From the NCBI RefSeq assembly GCF_030684315.1, contig NC_081403.1:1178001-1242000 (forward strand): a stretch of 64,000 nucleotides of DNA, read 5' to 3'. Under the pieces are notes generated by a model, which made no database searches, was not told the origin of the DNA, and saw only the letters and a list, made by a program, of their open reading frames with translations. Each line of letters begins with the position of its first letter. Positions within the stretch are counted from its first letter, which is position 1. Source of the DNA: Stegostoma tigrinum (lineage: Eukaryota). Below are positions 24,689-36,341 of the stretch, piece after piece. A program made the translations under genes and the position numbers.

Positions 24689-26589
24689 TGAGGGAGAGGT
24701 TTCTGCACACCAATTTCACTCCCAAAGCTGTGAAAGATTTGAGGGTCTTGGAGAAGGGCAAAGGTTTTGGTGGAGGGAGGGAGGGACGATTGGGCTAAGT
24801 GGAAAATGAAAATAAAACGAATGGGGGGTGTAGGGGAGAGAGAGAGAGACCCAGAGAGAGTTGATAACGCGGCCTCACCCCCACCACACTGCTACCTGGA
24901 GGAGGCCGCACTCCTGTTGGCTTCTGACGCAGCCATTGTCAACCCGTCAGCCATTTTGTTTTCTCAAAAACTGCCCCTCCAAACCCCACTTTCCCACCGC
25001 TGTCCAGTTCACGCCTCGAATTAGGGACCACATTGAAACCTGATGACCGTTGCCCTGTGATTGTCAGGTGTTTGGGCTGAAGGTGGAGATGGGGTGAGGA
25101 GTGGGGAGCCTTCCAAGGACAGGCGGCCATTTTAGAAACACTGGGTCTGTTTCTCGCTCCCCCTGCTCCGCTGGTCTCCTTCCCAGGCTTTCAGGCTACC
25201 ATAAACTGTGGGTTGGGAGCGCTGTCTAGTGAACGCCAGGGAGGGTGATGGGGTGAGGAACAGGGGTGCCATCTTTAAAAAGTTCCGGAAACCAGCAGTT
25301 GTGGAGCGATGGCCATTTTTTCTTGGCCCACTGAGGCCTAAAATTCAGGCCAGAGAGAGCAGGAGATCACTGGCCCTCCTCCGATATCTTTGATTTGCGT
25401 CGCTCATCTCTCTCTATCTCTCTTTTTCCCACTCTCTCTCTTTCCTCAAACATTGACCATTGTGTCCATTGTCGCACCTTTATTTGAAGCGTTAGCAGTC
25501 GGATGCCAATGGAAACTTCCCGACAGTTTGTGTTTTTTTTAGTCTGTGGGAGAGGTTTGAGCGTTGCTCCGGTGGGCTAGGTTGACAATGACACGATCTG
25601 TGACAGTTCATGGGAGCTTGCTGTGCATGTACGAGTGTGGGATTAGGAGGAGTTGAATATTAAACAGTTAAGGGGGGGGAAAGAGTGGGATTAGAGTGGC
25701 ATGAGGCCCTGTGGGGGACATTAAAGGGGTAGAGTGTTTGGGGGGTGGTTGAGAGTGGGATTAGAATGGTGGGATGTTGCAGGGTGCGGGGAGTTGTTGG
25801 GGGGGGGGGAAGAAAGAGATTAAATTTGCTGGATATCGCAGCCCTGTATTTGTGCAGTCACTCATTTGGATGATGTTGCCATATTGTGCGAAAATTTTTC
25901 TGTGTGCTGCATTTTAAGACTCAGGGGAACAGAGATGATGGACCAGAACTGTTTTTTCAGAGAAATAGATTGAGGAATGTTGACCCAAAGCTGTATTTGT
26001 ACCCGGGACACGTACCCAGATAATGCTGTGGGCGGAAGGAGGACAGCCTGTGGCAACAGTTGATGGGTCCCAGTCCTCAGGATTGCTGAGGTGTTCCTCT
26101 AGCTGTGCAGGGCGCCTCCATTTGTGGTCCAAGGTGACGATTTTCACCAACTAGAGAAGAATCAAATTACCTGCCTGGTGGCAGACTTCAGGCATGGAAG
26201 ACCCCTCTCACTCTCTACCTTCTGCTCCCTGCAGCAGGCTGAAGGCGTCTGGTCCTGTTGTCAACCCCCCACAAGCTGTGCAGCGTTTACCCCCTGCCCG
26301 GGCAGAAGCCATTTGCACTGCTGTTGCTGCAAAGCTACTTGATTCCCTCGTCCCTCACCCAATGGCGTGAGCTCCTCCCGCTGCTGGAAGAAAGCAGCTG
26401 TGTAAACAGCCCCTCTAGTGAGCTTGGACAACTCCCCTTCTTTAACCTGCTGCACTCCTTTCTTCTATCTGCAATTCAGAAGTAGAGCTGGAGTCAAGAT
26501 TTCTCTCGTCCTCCGGTGAGACAGTGTAAATAGAAAGGATAACGTGCAAACCATGTTCATTTTGTTTAGCTTCTTTTCTTTTCTCTAAC

Positions 26590-27830
26590 AAGTTCGAAAC
26601 TACATTTCCTATCAGCCCACTCCTGTAGATAGGTCGGGGCAAGGGGGCGTGTCCTAAAGGTCCAAGCGCGCGGCGAACTGCACGCCGGGAGTTGTAGGCA
26701 CCTCAATTTCCCTTCGAGCTTCGCGCCGCCGCCCCCCAAAACCCCAGGCGCTTGCGCAGTTCACGTTCTCTTCTCCATCCACCAACCCCCCACCCCCCCC
26801 CAACCAACTCCTCGATGGGGCAAACGGATCCGTTCGGCCTCCAGCTCCCCAGCGGCGGCGATCACTTTTTTCCTTCCCTTCTCGCAGCTGTCGGGAAGAC
26901 TCGTCACGGAAGCATCACGGCACTGCAACAGGGATAGAGGCGGGAGGGAAAAAACAAAGGGAAACGAGAGAAAGAGGTGGGTCGGTTTCGTAAAGAGAGG
27001 CCATTCTTTCCTCCATCTGTATTTACAAGACAGAGGGAACCGGCCGGCGCTAAAATGGCGGCTCGGGCGTGTTGGGCCCGCTGGGAATTGTAGTCCAGCT
27101 GTCCACTTCGGGCAAAGAGCGATGGCCGTCCGTGAACTACAACATCCGGCGGACAGCGCATCCTACGTCGTCCGCGGTGATCGATGGGTGTTGTAGTGCG
27201 GCCGTGCTGCTTCGAAGGCGGTGACTACATCACCCGTCATGCTCTGGGTGCAAACGCCTGCGCACTGCTCCCCTTCTCCGCCCAGCCGCTTGCGCTGACG
27301 GATGTTGTGGTCCCGGGGTGGGCGCCCGCTACTACATCTACCATCGTGCCTGGAGGGTAGCGCCTGCGCCCCGTGATTATATCGATGGGAGCTGTAGTCC
27401 CGAGGCGGGAGTCGGCGACTACAACTCCCGTGGCGCCCTGGCGGCTTCGCGCCTGGCCTGCCGGGAGCTGTAGTTTCGCCGCCGGCACTTAAGGCTTGGA
27501 GCTGGGCAGGGGATGGGGGCCGCGGAACTACATCTCCCGGTGGGCCTCGCGGTGCAGGTTTCCCTCTCCCCCGGGCCCTCCCGCAGAGCCCCGGCGCCAT
27601 GATGGAGACAATAATGGAGAGGGGAGAGACAGGCGGACAGGCAGAAGGGGGAATTGAGTAAATAAACAAATAAAGAGATCAGGGGAAGAGCTGAGTCGGC
27701 GGTGTTAGAATGTGCAGAGTGAAATAGTTAGCTTCTTACTCTTTTTTTTAAAAGAAAAGGCAAGGAGGTGGTGGAAGTTGGGGGCGAGGAGGAGTGAGAC
27801 TGCTGTGGGAATTGTAGGTGACTCCTTCCC
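26590..27830. promoter_or_regulatory. CpG island, probable FBXL19 promoter, with about 13 ZNF143/THAP11-type ACTACA motifs and a YY1 site
   Basis: GCACGCCGGGAGTTGTAGG 26680-26698, CTGGGAATTGTAGT 27081, ACTACAACTCCCG 27418 and others; AAAATGGCGGC about 27052. Confidence 0.8.
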
Positions 27831-27959
27831 CACTGGTAGGGGGCGGTGAGGAGGGGGAGGGAGAAGGAGGATGTGAGAGGGGGTGGGAGGGAGTGCAGCA
27901 GGGTGCTGGGGAGAGTGTGAGGGGGTGGCGGGGTGTGTGAGGGGTAACAGTCGGGGCTA

Positions 27960-28535
27960 AGGGGTGTGTGTGGAGGGTAACAGTGGGGGGCAGGGGTGTG
28001 TGTGAGGGTTCGCGGTGGGGGGCAGGGGTGTGTGTGAGGGTTCGCGGTGGGGGGCAGGGGTGCGTGTGAGGGTTAGCGGTGGGGGGCAGGGGTGTGTGTG
28101 AGGGTTAGCGGTGGGGTGCAGGGGTGCGTGTGAGGGTTCGCGGTGGGGGGCAGGGGTGCGTGTGAGGGTTCGCGGTGGGGGGCAGGGGTGCGTGTGAGGG
28201 TTCGCGGTGGGGGGCAGGGGTGCGTGTGAGGGGTAACGGTGGGGGGGGCAGGGGTGCGTGTGAGGGGTAACGGTGGGGGGGGCAGGGGTGCGTGTGAGGG
28301 GTAACGGTGGGGGGGGCAGGGGTGCGTGTGAGGGGTAACGGTGGGGGGGGGCAGGGGTGCGTGTGAGGGGTAACGGTGGGGGGGGGCAGGGGTGCGTGTG
28401 AGGGGTAACGGTGGGGGGGGGCAGGGGTGCGTGTGAGGGGTAACGGTGGGGGGGGCAGGGGTGCGTGTGAGGGGGAACGGTGGGGGGGCAGGGGTGCGTG
28501 TGAGGGGTAACGGTGGGGGGGCAGGGCTGCGTGTC
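27960..28535. repeat. About 31-34-bp G-rich minisatellite with G-quadruplex potential
   Basis: Unit ggggtgcgtgtgaggggtaacggtggggggggca. Confidence 0.9.
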
Positions 28536-28781
28536 AGGGTTTGCGCTGGCGGGTGCGGGTTAGGGCTGGGGGACAGGGGTGTATGGGGATGGAGGGAGTG
28601 TGAGGGGTAGCGGTCGGGGTGTATGTGAGGAGGCGAGGCTTATTGAGGGGGTGGGAGCGGGGGAGGGGGAGGGAGAGTTGGGGGGCAGAAGGAATGAGGG
28701 TCAGTTAGTTGAGTGCGGGTGAGGGACGAAGTGTGAGTCGGAGGTGGGAGCAGGAGAATGGTTGAGGCCTGGCTCTGAGCC

Positions 28782-28871
28782 ATGGCGCTGAGCCCTGAGG
28801 ATGAGGACGAACAGGAGAGCGGGCCTCCAGCACCCCCGCCAGCTGCTGGCCCTGGAGGAGGAGGAGGCCAG
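28782..28871 (+). CDS. FBXL19: Putative FBXL19 first coding exon ([30 protein letters not shown])
   Basis: Strong Kozak gccATGG; phase-0 donor CAG|GTCAAT matches the phase-0 acceptor of the CXXC exon. Confidence 0.6.
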
Positions 28872-31800
28872 GTCAATATGGAGACTGGAGGGAGGGTGGG
28901 TGGGTGGAGAGTGAATAGCATTGGCTGTGATGGTGTACTCCTGTCCCTAGCTCCTAATGCTTATCTCCTGTGTGTGTTCTTGCTGGTCCCCAAATCCCTT
29001 ATTCCTGATCCTTGTACCCCCTGCCCATTCCTGAGCCCTGTCTTTCAATCCCCCCAATTCTTCATTCTCAATCTCTTCCTGTCCCTCATTCCTGATCCTA
29101 ACCCCACCTTGCTCCCTGTTCCTACCCCTCCTTATCCTTCCTTGCTGCTCCCGGATCTTATTGTGCTGTACCCGAACTCCTTTGGGATCCATACTTCATT
29201 CTGATCCCGATGGCTCCGTTGGTGGGTTCGGATCTTGCCTCCAATGTCTGACGTTCCCGGTCTCTCTGCCCGGGCCCGCGCTCCGTGCCTCCCGGAGGCA
29301 GGTTCGATTTGAGGCCGGTGTTGGAGAGGAATGTTGTGCAGCGACACAGAAAGGAAAGGCAAGGCTACTCGTAGCGGCTTCTGGGGGGTGGGGGGGCGGT
29401 GGGTGGCCACCTCCTGTGCCGCGACCATTCTGGAATGCCCTTGCTGAGAGGCTGGTGCTGGGCGCTGTGCTCGCTTCAGAAAGGACTTTTGTGCTTTTAC
29501 AGAAGGTTCACCCTTGGCTCATTGCACCTCCCCCCCCTCCCCCCACTCCCCAACCCCAAGCCTTTTCAGGAGATTGCACCAGTGCCCAGCGGAGGACAGG
29601 ATGCGATCCATATGAAGGAATTGTATAAAACCCCAGATAATAAAATGGGAGGCTGGATGAACACAGCAGGCCAAGCAGCATCTCAGGGGCACAAAAGCTG
29701 ACGTTCCGGGCCTAGACCCTTCATCAGAAGGGTCTAGGCCCGAAACGTCAGCTTTTGTGCTCCTGAGATGCTGCTTGGCCTGCTGTGTTCATCCAGCCTC
29801 CCATTTTATAATCTTGGATTCTCCAGCATCTGCAGTTCCCATTATCTCTGTATAAAATCCCGAGCAGGTTACTGGGAAGGGAGGAGGCTACCGGGAAGGG
29901 AGGAGGCTGAGCAACACGTTCTCCCCCCACCCCCTTCCTCCTGGGGAGAAAGCCTTGTCCCGGTGTCAAAATCTTGTCTTTTCCCCCCAGATGGAGATGA
30001 CAGGGGTGGGGTGTGGAGTTTCCACTCTGCTGAGGAAGGAGGTGGGGGTGCGGGGAGTTGGTGGGAGCCAGGATTGAAGAAAATTACAGCACAGGAACAG
30101 GCCCTTCGGCCCTCCAAGCCTACGCTGATCTCAATCCTTTGTGTAAGCCTGTCGCCTGTTTTCCAAGGATCTCCATCCCTCTGCTCCCTGCCTATTCATG
30201 TATCTGTCGAGGTACATCTTAAACGATGCTATCGTGCCCTCCTCTACCACCTCCGCTGGCAACGCGTTCCAGGCACCCACCACCCTCTGTGTAAAGAACT
30301 TACCACGCATATCTCCTTTAAACTTTTTCCCTCTCGCCTTGAACTCATGACCCCTAGTAATTGAGTCCCCCAGTCTGGGAGAAAGCTTCCTGCTCTCCAC
30401 CCTGTCTATACCCCTCATGATTTTGTAGACCTCAATCAGGTCCCCCCCTCAATCTCCGTCTTTCTAATGTAAATAGTCCTTATCTACTCAACTTCTCTTC
30501 ATAGCTAGCACCCTCCATACCAGGCAACATCCTGGTGAACCTGTTCTGTACCCTCTCCAAAGCATCCATATCCTTTTGGTCGCCGAATGTACGCTGAATC
30601 CGAGTTGTCAATTTTTTTTTGGTTTTAAACTGTAGTAAAATCTAATATGATTCCAACGTGACGAGACGGGGATTGAGAACAAGGATAGGGCAGCTGCTCA
30701 GAATAATGGCGTGGTTTGGCCGGGGGTGGGTGCGGTGCGGTCGGTCATGCTCAAAAGTGTGCGTGAGATGAGGAGCGATGTGTTCATCCAGACAGCAGGG
30801 AGCCTGTGGGATTCTCTGCCACAGAAAGTGGTTGGAGCTGAAGTGTTGTAGAAGGTTTTTGAACATTTACCATGAGAACTTGATCCATTGGGTCAATGGG
30901 CTGAGGAGGGACAGACTTAATTTGGATAAATGTGAGGGGTTGCGTTCTGGTGAAATGAAGGAAGGGCAGGAGTTGGGTCGCGCTGTAGAACTCAGGGACA
31001 TAACTCTTAGAAGTTGCTGGCCCACATAGACAGGGGGTTTGAGAAGGAGTTTGACACATTTGCCTTCAGTGCTCAGAGAGCTTTGAGTGTAAGAGCTAGG
31101 GACGTCACGTTGAGGTTGGACAGGGACGTCGGTGAGGCCCGTTGTGTTACCGGAAGGATGTTATTGAACTGGAGAGGGGTTCGGGAGAGACCGGGATGTT
31201 GCCAGGAATGGTGGTTTGAGCTATAAGGAGAGGCTGGGACCTTTTTTCTACTGGAGTGTTGGCGGTTGAGAGGTGACCTTGTAGAGGTTTATAAAATCAT
31301 GAGGGGGCTGAATGGCAGGTGTCTTTTTCCCCAGGGGTTGGGGGCATATGTAGAACAGGGGGCATATTTTTCAGGTGAGAGGAGAGAGATTTAAAACAGA
31401 TAAAAGGGGCAACTATTTTTACGCCGAGAGAGTGGTCTATGCGTGGGATGGCCTTGCAGTGGAAGGAGTGAAAAGGACATTTGGGATAAGTGTGCAAACA
31501 GGAAAGGGTCTGGAGGGCTTTGGGCGAGCAGCTGGCAGGTGGGACTGGTTTAGTTTTGGATCACGGTCGGCATGGACTGGTTGGGCCGAAGGGTCCATTT
31601 CCCTGCCGTACAGCGACATTCGCTGTTTCTCGCAAGGGAGTCAGATGTAATTCGGAAGGAGTTGGGGCTGTGTGTTGGTGTGTGTGTGTGTGTGTTGGTG
31701 TGTGTGTTGGGGCGGGGCAGGGTTTGCGGAGGGGAAAGTGGGGAACGGGGAGGTGAGTCGCACGAATTCCCGTCCCCAGGAAAGAGACAGGAGCCAAAGT

Positions 31801-33749
31801 GTTGAAAGTTTCCTGGGAGAAGGTTGTGGGGGGTTGGGGGGTGGGGAACCATTTTGGACGATGGGCCAGTGGTGCTGTACAGTCTCACGGGGACGTGGCT
31901 GCCACCCCGCTCCGCCACCGCCTGCTCTCACCCTCCCTCTCCCTCTTTCTCTCTCTCCCCTCTTCCCCCCTCCCCATCTCTCTCTGTCTCTTCCCCCCCC
32001 TCCCTGTTGTGTCCCGCAGGCCAAGGGCAAGGTGAAACCCAAAGCCCCAATGTCCTCCAGCAAGGCGGCAAGCGGGGCACGGCGCCGACGGACTCGCTGT
32101 CGCAAGTGCGATGCCTGCCAGAAGACAGAGTGTGGGGAGTGCCACTTCTGTAAGGACATGAAGAAATTCGGGGGGCCCGGACGCATGAAACAGTCCTGCA
32201 TGCTCCGCCAGTGCACAGCGGTGAGTTCGCCACCCACCGCCCTCCATGCTGTTCCCCCGCCCCCATCAAACACCCCCAGGGACAGGGTCAGTGACAGCAC
32301 GGGATTAGGTACAGGGTAAGGCTCTCTCTACACTACCCCCGCCCCCCCCCCCCCCCCATCAAACACCCCCAGGGACAGGGACAGCGCGGGGTTAGATACA
32401 GGCTAAAGCTCTCTCTACACTGTCCCCCCCACCATCACACTCCCAGGGACAGGGACAGCATGGGGTTAGGTACAGGGTAAGGCTCCCTCGGCACTGTTTC
32501 CGCCCCCCCCCCCCAATCACACACTCCCAGGGACAGCATGGGGTTAGATACAGAGGAAAGCTTCTTCTACATTGTCCCTCTCCCCAGGGACAGGGACAGC
32601 GCGGGGTCAGAGTGAAGTTGCCTCCCTGTTGACTCAAGTGTTTTCTCTGTCTCCCTGCCCCTCGGTCCGTGCCTGTGGGTGGAGGTAGCCTGTACTCCCT
32701 CACACGGCCGTCTGCCTCATGTGTGGGGACGCTGGCAAGGAGGAGTCTGTCGAAGGCGAGGCCGAGAAGTTCAAGCTCTCGCTGATGGAGTGCACCATCT
32801 GTAACGAGATTGTCCATCCGGGCTGCCTGAAGGTGAGGAATCGTTCCCCCCACCGACCCTCGTGCCCGAAGCAGGCTGCGTTTCCTTCAGTCTAAACCCC
32901 CCCGCACCATCTGTCTCTCTCCCTCAGGTCTGCGCGGCGGACGGAGTCATTAATGACGAGATTCCCAACTGCTGGGAGTGCCCCAGGTGCCAGCTCGAGG
33001 GTAAGACTGGCAAGGTGAGTGTCCCACCCATGGGGACGGGGTCAGCGGTGGGGAGGGTTTTGGAGACTGTTGATGAACAAAGAGACGTTGCCCTGCAGGT
33101 TCGTAGCTCCTTGAAAGTGGGTAGCCAAGGCGGTGTTTGGTATGCTTGCCTTTAGTGGTCAGTGTGTTGATCGTACGGAGTTGGGGGGGCCGGGGTGTCG
33201 GGGTTCATGTTGCCGCTGTGTTGGTGAGGACACTTTGGGGAACACCACTTTCGATCCTGCTCTCCCTGCTACAGGAACGAGGTTGGGAAAGGGGTTTGGA
33301 AAAGGGAAGTCGGAGGGTTTGAGCTACAGGGAGAGGCTGGGGTCTATTCTCCCCAGAGCATCGGGGTGGGGGCGGGGTGACCCTTATAGAGGTTTATAAC
33401 ATCATGAGGGGCATGGACATTTGGGAATAGTCAAGGACTTCTCCCCAGAGTTAAGGGGAGTGTCCAAAACTGAAGGGTGAGAGGGGAAAGATTTAAAAGG
33501 GGCAACATTTTCACACAGAGGGGGTGGTGCGTGTGTGGAATGAGCTGCCAGGGCAATTGTTTGAGGCTGGTACAGTTATAGCATTTAAAAGGCATCTGAA
33601 GAGGTATATGGATAGGAAGGGTTTGGAGGGGTGGGGGCCAAATGCTGGCGTACAGGGGTGAGTGGGTGAGTGCGTGGGTGGTGGCGTGGGGATTGGTGGC
33701 CGGCTGAGTGTCTGTGTGTATGTATATGGGCATGCACGCGCAGACAGGA

Positions 33750-33781
<32 letters not shown>

Positions 33782-36304
33782 CTGTGTGCGTGTGCAGGTA
33801 CTGAGGTGCGTCTGTGGCTGGATGTTCTGTCTCTCGGCACCCTGCTCATGTCTTTTCTTTGTCGGCCTATTTCTCTCTGTCTTCCCACTGTGCCCCCGCG
33901 CCCCCCCAACCTTCCCTCTCCCGCTCACTGCCTCCTCCACCATTACTTGCTCCCCGTCCCGCTGTCTTCCCCCCCCCCCCCCCCCCCCATCCTGTTAGGA
34001 TGTGAAGGAGGGGAAGGAGCAGCTGGAGGTGAGTGGGAAGCGCCGATCAGATGGTGAGGAGGGGCCTCGCTGGAAGCTGGAGGAGGGCGGCCGGGTCAGG
34101 CCTGAGGATTATGTAGCCGGGCGCAAGAAGAGGAAAGAGAAGGATGGAGCACTGGAGGCTGGGCCCAAGAAAAAGGTAAGGCGTGGGGCTGGGAGTTCAT
34201 GAGAGGGCAGGGGTGGCTCCCCCAGTCTCCCAACACCCCCTTCACTCTGTACATACTCACTGGTACGTAGGTGGCTGGAGGAGGTTACAGAGTTAGAGAG
34301 AGCGTGTGTGGGCGTGGAGAGCGGGTGTAGGGGGCAGGGAATGGGTCCAGGTGTGGGGGCTGGAGGAAGTTTGGGGGAAGGGGCTGGTTGGAGCAGGCGG
34401 GTGTAGGGGCCGGGGGAGCGGGTGTAGGAGATGTTGACCCCTCTCCCCATCTTCCAGAAGCTGAAGAACACCCGGGGGCCAGAGGGCACGGCGCTGAGCA
34501 CAGAGAGGACCCACCAGCGTGAGAAGCTGGAACACTTCAAGAGGATGTGCCAGATGCTGGAGCGTGTGAACCCAGCCCAGAGCTCCAGCTCGAGCTCCAG
34601 CTCGGACTCGGACTCAGACTCGCAGGGTTCGGAGGAAGAGGAGGAGGAAGAGGGAGCGGAGGAAGAGGAGGAGGAGAGCAGCGACGGTGGAGGTGGGGCT
34701 TCCGGCACCAATGGCAGCTCCCGTCGGCCACGCGACCATCGGGTGACAGCGACCTCCCTGCTGGGCTTTAGCGAGAGTGAGGACGAGGAACAGGAGGACG
34801 ACGAGGGAGCTGAGGAGGAGGAGGAGGAGGAGGAGCTGGCAGATCACTCCCACCGACCGGCCCCCTACACCACGTCCCGCAACGGCAAGGCCAAGGGCCG
34901 CGAGCCCTGGCAGGGCAAGGAGAACCAGCATGCTGCTCGGCACCCACGGGGCCGGGCCCAGTCCGGCCGCAAAGCCCCCAGAGCGCCTGGTGCTCCCGGC
35001 CTGCGAGTAGCAGCCCGCACCCAGTTCCTCAACCGGCCTCCTGTCTGCTCACCGTCCCGGCCCCTGCTGATGGAGCGCCACGTAGTGAAGCCACCTCCCG
35101 ACTGCCCCGAGCCCGACTCGCTGCCCCTGGAGACCGGCGCCGACCATGTCCTGCAGCGGCATGCCTGGCTAGCTGTCTTCCGCTACCTCAGCCACCGGGA
35201 CTTGTGTGTCTGCATGAGGGTGTGCCGTACCCTCAACCGCTGGTAAGGAGCACGGCAGCGCGCTGCCTGTTAACGTTGCCTGCTTTCTCGTAGGCACGAG
35301 TGTACGCTTTAGCTACTCTCCTTTTGGTTTTGCTTTCGAATTCAACCCGAGAGGGTTAATGTTTGATGTTTTTGTTTGTTTTGCGAGGGGCCTGGTTGCT
35401 CAGGTGGTGGGGAGACATCTCGGTTGCCTGTGTGGGACGTCGCTTGAGTACACTCGTGCCAAAATCCTCCCTTGAGTGTCCCCTGGGGATTGGCAAAACG
35501 TGGATTCGGAGATGATTTCCGAGAGATGGGAGGAGACGTGTTCTCGAAGCTCATTATGCTGCCTTTGACATAAAGGAATCAAGTGTGGTGTCAGGGAATC
35601 TGAGCAAAACTTTATCCACGAAGAATCAGGGAACAAACTCTCCGGTGGTTGGAGTCACATCTGACACATGGGAAGGTGGTCCTGGTTGTTGGAGCTCAGT
35701 CATCTCCGCTTCAGGACATCTCTGCAGGAGTTGCTCAGGGTAGTGTCCTCGGCCCAACCATCTTCAGCAGCTTCTCCAATGACCTTCCCTCCATCGGAAA
35801 GTTTGTTGATGATTCATGAATGCGATGTTCAGCACTAGTGACTCCTCAGATGCTGAAGCAGGCCATGTTCAAATGCAGCAAGGTTTGGGCTGACACCTGG
35901 GAAGTAATATTTGTGCCACATGGCTGCCCGGCAGTGACCAACTCCAAAAACAGACACGTTCTGACCATCGTCTCCTTGTCATTTCAATGGCATTCCCATC
36001 ACTGAAACCTCTGTCCTCTTTACTGTCAAGCTCCTGGGGGTTCCCATTGAGCAGAAGCTGAACCGGACCCCAGCCCCATATCAATCCTGTGACTACATGA
36101 GCAGGTCAGAGACTGGGAATCCTGTAACTCCCCTCCTAATTCCACCCCCGCCAACCCAAAAGCCCGTCCCATCATCGACAAGGCACGAGTGTGAGGGAAT
36201 GCTCCCCACTTGCCCTGCACGGGGCAGCTACGACAGCACTTGAAACTCCACACCGTCCAGGACTAAGCAGCCCACGTCGTTGGCCCCGTATCCACAAATG
36301 TCCA

Positions 36305-36341
<37 letters not shown>

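Noticed and set aside
27599-27661. Short ORF MMETIMERGETGGQAEGGIE* as FBXL19 exon 1
   Set aside because: The nearby donor (GA|GTAAAT) is phase 2 and does not fit the CXXC exon. It could be a uORF but is unsupported.
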